Origin: an uncultured Gammaproteobacteria bacterium
Lineage (GTDB): Bacteria; Cyanobacteriota; Vampirovibrionia; LMEP-6097
NCBI GenBank assembly: GCA_964487825.1
Contig: CAZASO010000001.1
Span: 6,732 to 39,596 of the forward strand
Direction: 5' to 3'
Length of the DNA: 32,865 nucleotides
Every line of letters starts with the position of its first letter. The first letter of the stretch is position 1. Below, piece by piece: positions 17,706 through 26,386 of the stretch. The notes below the pieces were generated by a model. That model was not told the DNA's origin, searched no databases, and worked only from the letters and a program-made list of their open reading frames with translations. Position numbers and translations under genes: made by a program.

Positions 17706-18594
17706 TTTTTATCCTGTTCTACGCTTAGAGTCTTGCTCTCAAGAAGTTTGGACTGTTTATAAACAAGTTTTAGATAGTTTAGCCAAGTCACATTCTATTT
17801 GGGCTAAACAGGGGAGAGAGGCTCATCTAGAGATTAGTCTGAGTTCTCTTGCTATTGAAAAATATCTGCTTCCATTAATAGACTATGCTAATTCTTTGTC
17901 GACTAGATTGCATTTAGCAACTCTGATTAATGCTTCTGATTATCATCGTTATAGGGCTATTCTTGCTGAGCATAAACTGAGTGGGTTTCAAATTTTCGCG
18001 CCGGGTTTGGTCCAAGATTTAGATATCTCTGCTTGCTGGGATCCTGTCCTAGCCTATATTCCCGGGCTTTACACTAAATGCGATTTCGATTTGCTTTTAA
18101 CTCTGGCTCCTATAGAAAGACTGACCCAGCTTAAAATTTTTCCTATAGGTCTAGAATCTCCAGCAGCTTTGATAGATTTTTTAGAGAGACCTTTCCCGGA
18201 GTTGGATCGGCAGCGAGTCTGGTCTAGAGCAGGTGGGCTGCTCAATCCCTTTGCTGGAGCGGCTTCTATCCCTACTAAACAAATGCCAAAGATATCTAGT
18301 CCTAGTGATTATATGATGATCCGAGATTATTTTTTAAGAGACCCTTCTATGAAATTAGAATTAGTAAGTCCTCAAGATTTGAGAGCAGATGAAATCTCAG
18401 GTCTGGAGCTTGCTAAGTACCTAAGAACTGAGTTTCCTCATCTCAAGCTTATTGCTTCTGGTTTGGGTTCTTTCCACTTGGGGACTGCTTTTGAGGCTCT
18501 TGCTATGACGCTTAGGACGGATTTTAATAGCGCTAATTGGCAGAGTGATTTGGAAGAAGAGCTTAGCGTAAAATATCAGAGATGTCTAGCTTGA
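17683..18594 (+). CDS. Highly divergent KDPG/KHG aldolase (Eda)-like TIM-barrel protein
   Basis: Colinear matches to the Eda consensus by eye: PVLR, LEISL, LATL (AGTV), QIFAPGL (FIVSPG), YIPGLYT (IPGxxT), LKIFP (Schiff-base Lys), FLERPFP (LxGPFP). Confidence 0.65.
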   Translation: MSIKPPVDFYPVLRLESCSQEVWTVYKQVLDSLAKSHSIWAKQGREAHLEISLSSLAIEKYLLPLIDYANSLSTRLHLATLINASDYHRYRAILAEHKLSGFQIFAPGLVQDLDISACWDPVLAYIPGLYTKCDFDLLLTLAPIERLTQLKIFPIGLESPAALIDFLERPFPELDRQRVWSRAGGLLNPFAGAASIPTKQMPKISSPSDYMMIRDYFLRDPSMKLELVSPQDLRADEISGLELAKYLRTEFPHLKLIASGLGSFHLGTAFEALAMTLRTDFNSANWQSDLEEELSVKYQRCLA

Positions 18595-19144
18595 TATCCC
18601 CTTGCCTTAATATCTCTATGCTATCTCCCTGAATCTTAGCTACAGTGCTAGCCTGATTGGAGCCAAGTTCTGGAGAGTCTAGTATCAAATCTACAGAGCC
18701 AGCAAAAAGCTCACAAGCTTCTTGGTAGTTGCAAACTGGAGGCTGAGAACTGAGATTAGCACTGGTACTAAGTAAGACACCATTACTCGTGTCAGCTAGT
18801 AGTTTGTCTATGGATGGAGAGCGAGCTATTCTCATGCCAATATAATCTTCGGTACTATTAATCCAAGTAGGAAGCCCTAGGGAGCGCTTGGCCACTAGGG
18901 TTAAGGCTCCCGGCCAGTAGCGCTTAGCTAAGCTATCTAGGAGGGGAGACCAGTCTTCTACATAGGGTTTAAGACTATCTATATCTCTAGCAAAAAGTAT
19001 TAGGGCTTTGGATCTATCTCTTTGTTTGAGTTGATAAACTCTGTCTATGTTGTTTTGAGCTTGCTCAGTATCTATACGGCAAAGCAAGCCCCAGACTGTA
19101 TCTGTAGGAGCTACTGCTAGTTGCCAAGTTTTATCTAAGCCCAC
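18563..19144 (-). CDS. tsaC: L-threonylcarbamoyladenylate synthase (single-domain TsaC/YrdC)
   Basis: PTDTVWGL, KQRDRSK, YWPGALTLV, STSANLS, ASTV, ILRQG. Confidence 0.93.
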   Translation of the reverse strand: MGLDKTWQLAVAPTDTVWGLLCRIDTEQAQNNIDRVYQLKQRDRSKALILFARDIDSLKPYVEDWSPLLDSLAKRYWPGALTLVAKRSLGLPTWINSTEDYIGMRIARSPSIDKLLADTSNGVLLSTSANLSSQPPVCNYQEACELFAGSVDLILDSPELGSNQASTVAKIQGDSIEILRQGDIKLDISDILR

Positions 19145-19587
19145 CCTGTATATGATACTTGATTTCTAATCTTCTCAAGCTCATTTGCAATTTGTTTGAA
19201 ATCCCGGCTGTGTAGATTAAACAAATTTTGTTTACTATTAAGTTCTGAGCTTAGTTGGTTGAGGATAGAGACTCTTTCATTGAGATCTCTAGCCAGTTCC
19301 CAAATATTTTCTGAGTCGGCAACTAGAGAAATAGATTTTCTAATGCTTCTAACGCCATTGTTTATCGGGTTTTCAAGGAGACTTATATTTTTGCGGATAG
19401 AGTTAAGAGTAAGTGATTGAATGAAATATAATTTCTGTTGCCCCCTTCTAATTTTATTGTTTCGGTTTTCGCGTTTTTTATTTTTTATTAATTCGATTTC
19501 TTCACAATCCAGTTCTTCTTTTAGGGCTTCTAGGATGAGCATCCCAGCCCTAAGCACTCTCATTATGAGCTCTGCCATTTTCACCAC
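19135..19587 (-). CDS. Hypothetical helical/coiled-coil protein
   Basis: 150 aa ORF with heptad character, overlaps the tsaC start by 10 nt; start codon uncertain. Confidence 0.6.
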   Translation of the reverse strand: MVKMAELIMRVLRAGMLILEALKEELDCEEIELIKNKKRENRNNKIRRGQQKLYFIQSLTLNSIRKNISLLENPINNGVRSIRKSISLVADSENIWELARDLNERVSILNQLSSELNSKQNLFNLHSRDFKQIANELEKIRNQVSYTGWA

Positions 19588-19702
19588 CTAATTGGTCAAG
19601 CTATATTGTATATAGTCAGATTTGTTAGTTGCTAAACCTTAGATTTATGAAAATTTATATAGGTTTCTATTATTGATTTTGAGGCTTCTTCTCCAATCAT
19701 CT

Positions 19703-19722
19703 AGTGATATAGTAGATTTGTT
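19703..19722 (+). promoter_or_regulatory. Extended -10 promoter motif AGTGATATAGTAGATTTGTT
   Basis: TG-n-TATAGT (hexamer 19708-19713) 9 nt before the kinase GTG; 19/20 identical to 26387-26406. Confidence 0.55.
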
Positions 19723-20676
19723 GTGCCTCCCTCTTCAAAAATCATAGAACGAATTAGTACAGGGGTCTTGGTTTTATCTAGAGATTTTAATTTTGTTTAT
19801 GCAAATCCAGCCGCCGCTAGTTTGCTTGGATTAGCGATGGATTATTTGGAGACTCTAAGCCCAGCCATATCTAATTTGAGTCCGGCTTTTGCTAGACTTC
19901 TAGAAAGCTTAAGCCAAGGGCATTTCAAGAAAAAACAAGAACTAGAGATCGTAGCCAATGGTCAGTATCTATCTGTTCGTATTTCTAGAACAGAAGAAGG
20001 GGATTATATTTTAGAGCTGAATCCCTTGCAACAACAGGATATCAGCAAAAGCACCCACGAGCTTAAAAGACCCATACAAAACATTAAAGCTCTTATCGAA
20101 GCTCTTATGATGGGAGCAAAAAATGAAACAGAACTTTTGGATAAATATTTGAGTAAGATTGCAATAGAAAGTGAAAGATTAGCTCATCTTGTAGGAGACA
20201 TGCTTAAGCTAAATTATTTGCTTAGAGCTGTTATAGAACCTCGTCGCCAAGAGTTTTTGGTCCAACCGATGGTAGACAAAATCCTAAGCGCTGCTGCTCC
20301 TAAGGCAGCTGCTCAGCAAGTACAACTCAAATCTACGATTAATCCAAAAGCAGTCCTAGTGGGAGACCCAGAGCTTATAGAACACGCTTTGGATAATCTT
20401 ATAGACAATGCCATCAAATACAATCGCCCCAAAGGTTTGGTGAAGATAGAACAAAAAGACCTTCATTCTTTGCAAGTTCAGGATACTGGTCTTGGTATTG
20501 CAAAAGAAGAATTAGAGAGTTTGGGAGAAGAATTCTATAGAGCTAAAGGTTCAGAGTCGATAGCTGGTACAGGATTGGGTTTGACTTTAGTCAAGCGCAT
20601 CGTAGAGCTGCATGGGGGTACACTTAAGATAGAATCCACTCTGGGAGAGGGTTCTATCTTTAAGATTTGTCTCTAG
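19723..20676 (+). CDS. Cytoplasmic PAS-HisKA-HATPase sensor histidine kinase (PhoR/SphS-like)
   Basis: PAS start (GVLVL..YANPAA), H-box THELKRP, N-box NLIDNAIKYN, G1 DTGLGI, F-box EEFYR, G2 GTGLGL; no TM segment. Confidence 0.92.
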   Translation: MPPSSKIIERISTGVLVLSRDFNFVYANPAAASLLGLAMDYLETLSPAISNLSPAFARLLESLSQGHFKKKQELEIVANGQYLSVRISRTEEGDYILELNPLQQQDISKSTHELKRPIQNIKALIEALMMGAKNETELLDKYLSKIAIESERLAHLVGDMLKLNYLLRAVIEPRRQEFLVQPMVDKILSAAAPKAAAQQVQLKSTINPKAVLVGDPELIEHALDNLIDNAIKYNRPKGLVKIEQKDLHSLQVQDTGLGIAKEELESLGEEFYRAKGSESIAGTGLGLTLVKRIVELHGGTLKIESTLGEGSIFKICL

Positions 20677-20679
20677 CGC

Positions 20680-20685
20680 TATAAT
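20680..20685 (+). promoter_or_regulatory. Consensus -10 box of rnpB
   Basis: TATAAT 7 nt upstream of the rnpB P1 5' strand. Confidence 0.7.
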
Positions 20686-20692
20686 AAATCAA

Positions 20693-21024
20693 GAGTAGAC
20701 CAAGCGATCGCTAAGTAATTAGAGGAAAGTCCGGGCAGCGTGGAGATTAGGTTGCTAGTTAAGAGCTAGTGCGCGTGAGCGTGAGGATAGTGCCACAGAA
20801 AGAAACCGCCGTTCTACGGTAAGGGTGCAATGGTGAGGTAAGAGCTCACCAGCTATATCGAGAGGTATAGGCTAGGTAAACCCCACTGAAGCTGCAAGGT
20901 AAGGTTCATACTATCGGGAGTTCTTTCTCCAAGCCTGATAGGAACTGATCCCGCTTGAGTCCTGTAGTGATGCAGGTTCCAGATTGATGATCGCTCTAGA
21001 CAGAACCCGGCTTATGGTCTACTT
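20693..21024 (+). ncRNA. rnpB: RNase P RNA, bacterial type A, compact
   Basis: GAGGAAAGTCCGGG, AGTGCCACAGAAA, GGTAAACCCC and ACAGAACCCGGCTTA conserved regions; P1 AGTAGACCA/TGGTCTACT, P2 AGCGATC/GATCGCT; GNRA-capped P9, P14 and P18. Confidence 0.97.
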
Positions 21025-21797
21025 ATTTTTTGGCTAGTGCCTATATGTGTTAGACGACCAGAAGCTGCGTTGTAAAGTTTTTGGACATCATCGAATGTGC
21101 GAATAGCACCAGAGGCTTTGATGCCTATGAGCTTAGATGGATCATATAGATCTAGGTAGGCAGCTAAGGTCTTTATGAGTTGAGGGTGAGCTAGACGCAA
21201 AGGCTTTTCTGGTTTGGAGGATTTGATAAAACCGCTAGAGTTTTTGTAGGAGCATTTGATGCGTCCTATAAGCTCAGGAAATTCTTCATAGAAAGCTAGA
21301 ATTTCTGATGCATAAATTTTGACAGATAGCTCAAGCTCCCTTGCTGGCAGGATTTCAGAGGAGAAGATAGCTTTGAGGTAGAGATGAGTGTCAGTTCTAG
21401 CAAATTCTCTAAGTAAAAATAAATAAGTCTGAATTTCTTTGCGCAAGGCTTCAGTAGATTCCCATAAATCACGAATATTAAGGACGGGATCTAACTCCAA
21501 AGCCCCTTCTTGTAAAGCTTTGCGGGCTTCTATAGTTTTGGAACTCATGGAGGGGCTAGAGATGCTAATGAGGCAAGACTCTAAATCTTCAGGGTCATAA
21601 TAGATAAAATTGCTAGGGAAGCCAATCACAGAGGATAGCCTATAGCTGGAGCTAAACTCAGCTACAAAATGAGGACGCAGGCAAACAGAATTATAATGAT
21701 AGTCTTTGGCTATATTGATGGCTTGAATGATGTCTTCGCGGGAGCTTTGAGCTTGGAGAGGGCTAAGGTCGTATAAGTGCTCAAACATAAAAAACAT
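21012..21797 (-). CDS. Divergent deoxyribose-phosphate aldolase (DeoC)-like protein
   Basis: SVCLRP, VIGFP, GALELD, YLKAI, YKNSSGF (KTSTGF), IKASGAIRT, HIGTS; catalytic Asp and two Lys present. Confidence 0.8.
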   Translation of the reverse strand: MFFMFEHLYDLSPLQAQSSREDIIQAINIAKDYHYNSVCLRPHFVAEFSSSYRLSSVIGFPSNFIYYDPEDLESCLISISSPSMSSKTIEARKALQEGALELDPVLNIRDLWESTEALRKEIQTYLFLLREFARTDTHLYLKAIFSSEILPARELELSVKIYASEILAFYEEFPELIGRIKCSYKNSSGFIKSSKPEKPLRLAHPQLIKTLAAYLDLYDPSKLIGIKASGAIRTFDDVQKLYNAASGRLTHIGTSQKISRP

Positions 21798-21847
21798 CTA
21801 AAAGCCGAGGGCTCTGTCTTATAATTAAAGCAGAAATCTATCCCCCT

Positions 21848-24800
21848 ATGAGTACAGAGAGTTTATCTAAGTTTATACCGTTACATTTGCATACAGAGTT
21901 CTCTCTTCTTGATGGAGCTAGTAGGCTGGATGATATTTGTGCCAAAGCAAAAGCCGCTGCTATGCCAGCTCTAGCGATTACAGATCATGGAACTATGTAC
22001 GGGGCTTATCAGTTCTATCATGAGGCTAAATCACAAGGGCTTAAACCTATTATTGGTTGCGAGATTTATGTTATCAACGGAGATCATAAGCAAAAAGGCA
22101 AAGATCACAAACAAAAACTCTATCATTTAGTTCTTTTAGCAAAGAACGATATTGGCTATAAAAATCTCATCAAAATAGTTTCAGAGGCTTGTATTGAAGG
22201 TTTTTATTATAAACCTCGTATCTCTAAAACATATCTGCAAGAACATTCTGGAGGATTGATTGCTTTGTCTGCTTGCTTAGGTGGAGAGGTAAATAATCTA
22301 CTTCTTAATGGACAAGACAAAGCCGCTCAGGAAGCAGCGTCTAGCTATCAGGAGATTTTTGGGGAAGATTTCTATTTAGAGGTTCAAGATCATTTCTATC
22401 CAGAAGATCGCTTGGTGAACCCCAAGATATTTCAGCTAGCGAGGGCTTTGGGGCTAAAAGTTGTAGCTAGTAATGATAGTCACTATACAGATCCTGAAGA
22501 TGCTAAAGCCCATGATGCTTTGTTGTGCTTGCAAATTCAGTCCAATATCTCTGATTTCCCGCGCATGCATTTTTCTGGGCATGAGCACATGAAGACTGAA
22601 GCCGAGATGCTGAGCCTTTTTCGAGATCATCTGAGCGCAGAGCAAATCCAAGAAGCAGTCCAAAGCAGTCCCCAAGAGATTTACCAGAAGATAGAAGATT
22701 ACCAGATTTTCTCTAAACCAGCCTTCCATGTCCCAGACCCCAAAGTTCCAGAAGGACATAGTTTTGAAAGCTACCTTAAAGAGATTAGTTATGAAGGGCT
22801 CATTAAACGATATGGCAAGCTAGAAGATTTAGAGCCAGACCTTTCAAAGCAAGTCAGAGAGCGGCTTGAGCTAGAACTGGCTGTCATGAATGACTCTGGT
22901 TTTGCTTCTTACTTTATAGTAGTTTGGGATTTTATCAAATGGGCAAGAGAGCATTCTATACCTGTAGGCCCGGGAAGAGGTTCTGCGGCAGGTTCTCTGG
23001 TGGCTTATGCTCTAGGCATTACTAATATAGATCCCCTCAAATATGATTTGCTTTTTGAGCGTTTCCTTAATCCAGAGCGCAAATCTATGCCAGATATAGA
23101 TACGGATTTTTGTATTGAAAGACGCGAAGAAGTTATTAATTATGTGCGCGAAAAATATGGTGCAGAGAATGTTTCACAGATTATTACATTTAACAGGCTG
23201 ACATCTAGGGCTGTAATTAAAGATATGGCAAGGGTTTTAGAATATCCTTACGCCAAAGCAGAAGAACTTGCAAAGATGATCCCTGTAGTCAGAGGCAAAC
23301 CTAGATCTATAGAGTGGATGAAAGAAAACCATCAAGAATTTGCTGCAGCCTACCGTAATGACCCAGCAGCGAGAGAAGTTATAGATTTGGCTTTGCGTAA
23401 TGAGGGCATCAACAAAAGTTTTGGGGTGCATGCTGCAGGAGTCATCATCAGTGATATAGCTCTTACAGAGATAGTTCCTATTTCTCGCAACAATGAAGGA
23501 GCGATTATCACTCAGTTTGCGATGGAAGAGTGCGCCAAGATGGGACTACTCAAAATGGATTTTCTTGGTTTGCGTAACTTAACCATGATCCAAAAAGCCA
23601 TAAATATCATAGAGGCTCATTCGGGTCAGAAGATAGACATAGACAGTATTCCATTGGATGACCAAGCTTCTTTTGACATGATTTCTTCTGGTAATTTAGC
23701 TGGGATTTTTCAGTTAGAGACATCTTCTGGTATGCGTCAAATAGCTAGAGATCTAGCACCTCAAAGCTTAGAGGATATCTCAGCTCTTATCGCTTTGTAT
23801 AGACCGGGTCCTCTGGATACTGGCATGATAGATGATTTTATCGCTTGTAAATCTGGTAAACAGCGCATCAACTATGCACATCCTTTGCTGGAACCCATAC
23901 TCAAGAATACTTATGGAACCATAGTCTACCAAGAGCAGATCATGAAAATAGCTCAGGTCTTGGGTGGCTTTACTTTGGGAGAAGCAGACTCACTTAGAAG
24001 AGCCATGGGCAAGAAGAAACCAGAAGAGCTGCTACCTTATGAGTCTAAATTCTTAGAAGGTTGTAGTGCTAATGCGATTCCTGAGAGTCTTGCCAAAAAA
24101 CTTTTTGAGCAAATGTTGTCTTTTGCTGAATATTGCTTCAATAAATCTCACTCTACGGCTTATGGGATGATCACCTATCAAACAGCCTATCTCAAAACTC
24201 ACTATCCAGTAGAGTATATGACTTCACTTTTTCAGTCTTGTTCTGGAGATACTGATCGCATCAAAATATATATTATCGAAGCAGAGCGCATGGGTATTAG
24301 AATCGCAGCGCCTAATGTAAATCGCTCAGAGATTGATTTTGCGGCTGATGTCAATTCTAAGACCATTACTTTTGGACTTAGTGCCATCAAGGGTGTAGGT
24401 ACTGTAGCCACTCAAGAAATTATTAGAGAGCGTGATAGTAATGGGGCTTATAAAGATTTTTTTGATTTTATTCGACGAGTAAATCACAAGATAGTCAATA
24501 AAAAAACAACAGAGGCTTTAATTCGCTCAGGAGCTTTTGATAATCTGGGAGCTGGTCGCAAGGCTATGGTAGAGAACCTAGAAGCCTTTGTTGAAGCAGC
24601 AAAGCGCAAGCAAGAAGAAGCTAGTAAGGGGCAGTCTTCTCTTTTTGATCTAGCTTCTGAATCTGTGGAACTTAGACCTATATATAAATCTGGACTAGAA
24701 GATGAATATCCAGAAAGAGACTTGCAGACTATGGAGTATGAACTTTTAGGTCTTTTCGTTAATAATCATCCGATGCATGCAGTTCAAGAATTAAGTTCTG

Positions 24801-25390
24801 TTTTTGCGAAACACCATATAGTAGATTTTGCTGAAGATAGGTTCAAAGACTCTAGTAAAGTATCTTTTACGGCTTTGATTACTAGTTTTGAGAAGAAAAT
24901 CACCAAAGCCAAAAAAATCATAGCCATTCTTAATCTTGAGGATCTAGAAGCCCGTATCGAAGGGGTTTTATTTAGCAAAAAACTAGATGCTTACGGACAC
25001 TTACTAGAAAAAGGTAAAAGAGTTTTGATAGAAGGGACTTTGTCCAAACATTCTGAGGGGGATATGAGTGTCTTGATAGATAACCTTAAAGATATAGACG
25101 ATATGGGTATTTTGGAGTTTGATATTAGAGTAGATCTTCAGGCTGACATGTTTATGTTCTTGCACTCTATTAAAAGTTTTATAAGTAAAGCTGAGAATAA
25201 AGGTTCTTTCGTGGTGGTTTTGAGATTCTTAGATCAAGACCAAAGCACGAGGGTCTCTCTAGGTCCCAATTATGCTATTAGTCAGCATGCAGCAAAAGCA
25301 CTCAAGGACTTGATTAGCGCAGGAATATCGCAGCCAAATATACTAAATACAGAGAACCCACAGAGATTAGAGCCCCAGCTGTCAATTTAG
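21848..25390 (+). CDS. dnaE: DNA polymerase III alpha subunit
   Basis: PHP domain HLHTEFSLLDG/TDHG, GPGRGSAAGS, FERFLNPER..MPDIDTDF, KMDFLGL, FNKSH, OB fold; uninterrupted 1180 aa. Confidence 0.98.
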   Translation: MSTESLSKFIPLHLHTEFSLLDGASRLDDICAKAKAAAMPALAITDHGTMYGAYQFYHEAKSQGLKPIIGCEIYVINGDHKQKGKDHKQKLYHLVLLAKNDIGYKNLIKIVSEACIEGFYYKPRISKTYLQEHSGGLIALSACLGGEVNNLLLNGQDKAAQEAASSYQEIFGEDFYLEVQDHFYPEDRLVNPKIFQLARALGLKVVASNDSHYTDPEDAKAHDALLCLQIQSNISDFPRMHFSGHEHMKTEAEMLSLFRDHLSAEQIQEAVQSSPQEIYQKIEDYQIFSKPAFHVPDPKVPEGHSFESYLKEISYEGLIKRYGKLEDLEPDLSKQVRERLELELAVMNDSGFASYFIVVWDFIKWAREHSIPVGPGRGSAAGSLVAYALGITNIDPLKYDLLFERFLNPERKSMPDIDTDFCIERREEVINYVREKYGAENVSQIITFNRLTSRAVIKDMARVLEYPYAKAEELAKMIPVVRGKPRSIEWMKENHQEFAAAYRNDPAAREVIDLALRNEGINKSFGVHAAGVIISDIALTEIVPISRNNEGAIITQFAMEECAKMGLLKMDFLGLRNLTMIQKAINIIEAHSGQKIDIDSIPLDDQASFDMISSGNLAGIFQLETSSGMRQIARDLAPQSLEDISALIALYRPGPLDTGMIDDFIACKSGKQRINYAHPLLEPILKNTYGTIVYQEQIMKIAQVLGGFTLGEADSLRRAMGKKKPEELLPYESKFLEGCSANAIPESLAKKLFEQMLSFAEYCFNKSHSTAYGMITYQTAYLKTHYPVEYMTSLFQSCSGDTDRIKIYIIEAERMGIRIAAPNVNRSEIDFAADVNSKTITFGLSAIKGVGTVATQEIIRERDSNGAYKDFFDFIRRVNHKIVNKKTTEALIRSGAFDNLGAGRKAMVENLEAFVEAAKRKQEEASKGQSSLFDLASESVELRPIYKSGLEDEYPERDLQTMEYELLGLFVNNHPMHAVQELSSVFAKHHIVDFAEDRFKDSSKVSFTALITSFEKKITKAKKIIAILNLEDLEARIEGVLFSKKLDAYGHLLEKGKRVLIEGTLSKHSEGDMSVLIDNLKDIDDMGILEFDIRVDLQADMFMFLHSIKSFISKAENKGSFVVVLRFLDQDQSTRVSLGPNYAISQHAAKALKDLISAGISQPNILNTENPQRLEPQLSI

Positions 25391-26351
25391 GTTTAATGTG
25401 GCTGATGATAAGTAGAACAATAGCGCTAAGCAGAGCTAGCCCTCCACAAAGAGCTGGCAAAAACTCTAGTTTCCAAGCGGTAAACATGATCCCGATAGCA
25501 CAAGGGATAGAAGCCTGAAAGACCATAGCCCCTGTAATATTACCCATGGCTAATGTATCTTTGCCTTGGCTAGACCAAATTACACTGTTAATTTTTTCGG
25601 GAAGCTCAGTAGCTACTGGGGTGATGATTAGAGATAGTATGAGCGGATCTATTTGCCAGTGTTCAGCAGCAAGTTCTAGTTCTCCTACGAAATGTTCGGC
25701 CATATAAATAATGGCAATGAGACCAAGCACAGTCTGTAATATAACCATAGTAAGACTGTCTCCTAGTCTGAGTTTGCTGGCATAGAGAGCAGGGGTATGA
25801 TTTGCTTCAACGATGCCAGTGTCACCGCAGACAGCAAATTCATCATGAGCACTAATAGTTTTGACCAAATAACTTGCATAGGCAAGACCTAATAAAACTA
25901 CTATGGCTATTTTAAAAAGACCGGACAAGAGGCTAGCTAGAAGAGCCAGAGAAAAAACAATAATAAAATAACTAAGGTCTCTTCTTACATGAGGAATATT
26001 GACCAATAAATTAGTAGTCCCTCTAGATTTGCGTTTAATAAGGATAGTGATACCCATGAGGAAGAAAGCCAAAGTCCCCAGTAAAAATGGGGCACCTAGA
26101 ATAGAACCTATAGCTATACCATGTTTGCCTGCGACTGCTGTATTGGAGTTGGCTGCAAGATAGATGGCAACTAGGGGGACTATGGTCTCGGGTAGAGCTG
26201 TACCTATGGCTGCAAGTATACTTCCTGTGATTTGGTTGCCTAGTTTGAGTTTATCTCCTAGATTCTCGATGGCATTTGAGAAAACTAGACAGGCAGCCAA
26301 AATCCCACTGAGAAGAAGAAGGATCTGGAGAATATATGTTAAATCACCCAT
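25314..26351 (-). CDS. Ca2+/cation antiporter (CaCA, YrbG-like sodium:calcium antiporter)
   Basis: Two alpha repeats, GTALPE..GSILGA and ATELPE..GNITGA; about 10 TM segments. Confidence 0.92.
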   Translation of the reverse strand: MGDLTYILQILLLLSGILAACLVFSNAIENLGDKLKLGNQITGSILAAIGTALPETIVPLVAIYLAANSNTAVAGKHGIAIGSILGAPFLLGTLAFFLMGITILIKRKSRGTTNLLVNIPHVRRDLSYFIIVFSLALLASLLSGLFKIAIVVLLGLAYASYLVKTISAHDEFAVCGDTGIVEANHTPALYASKLRLGDSLTMVILQTVLGLIAIIYMAEHFVGELELAAEHWQIDPLILSLIITPVATELPEKINSVIWSSQGKDTLAMGNITGAMVFQASIPCAIGIMFTAWKLEFLPALCGGLALLSAIVLLIISHIKPKLTAGALISVGSLYLVYLAAIFLR

Positions 26352-26386
26352 AAGAAAAAGAGTAACATAGCTAAACTAAGCAGCAC

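Noticed and set aside
17683-18594. MenC/enolase-superfamily or amidohydrolase assignment
   Set aside because: FLERP resembles EQP, but KxK, DxN and DES motifs are absent; seven colinear Eda motifs fit better
20704-20711. HIP1 octamer GCGATCGC
   Set aside because: Only occurrence noticed; explained by rnpB P2 and not iterated
21848-25390. Intein in dnaE
   Set aside because: Normal length, and the extein junction is contiguous
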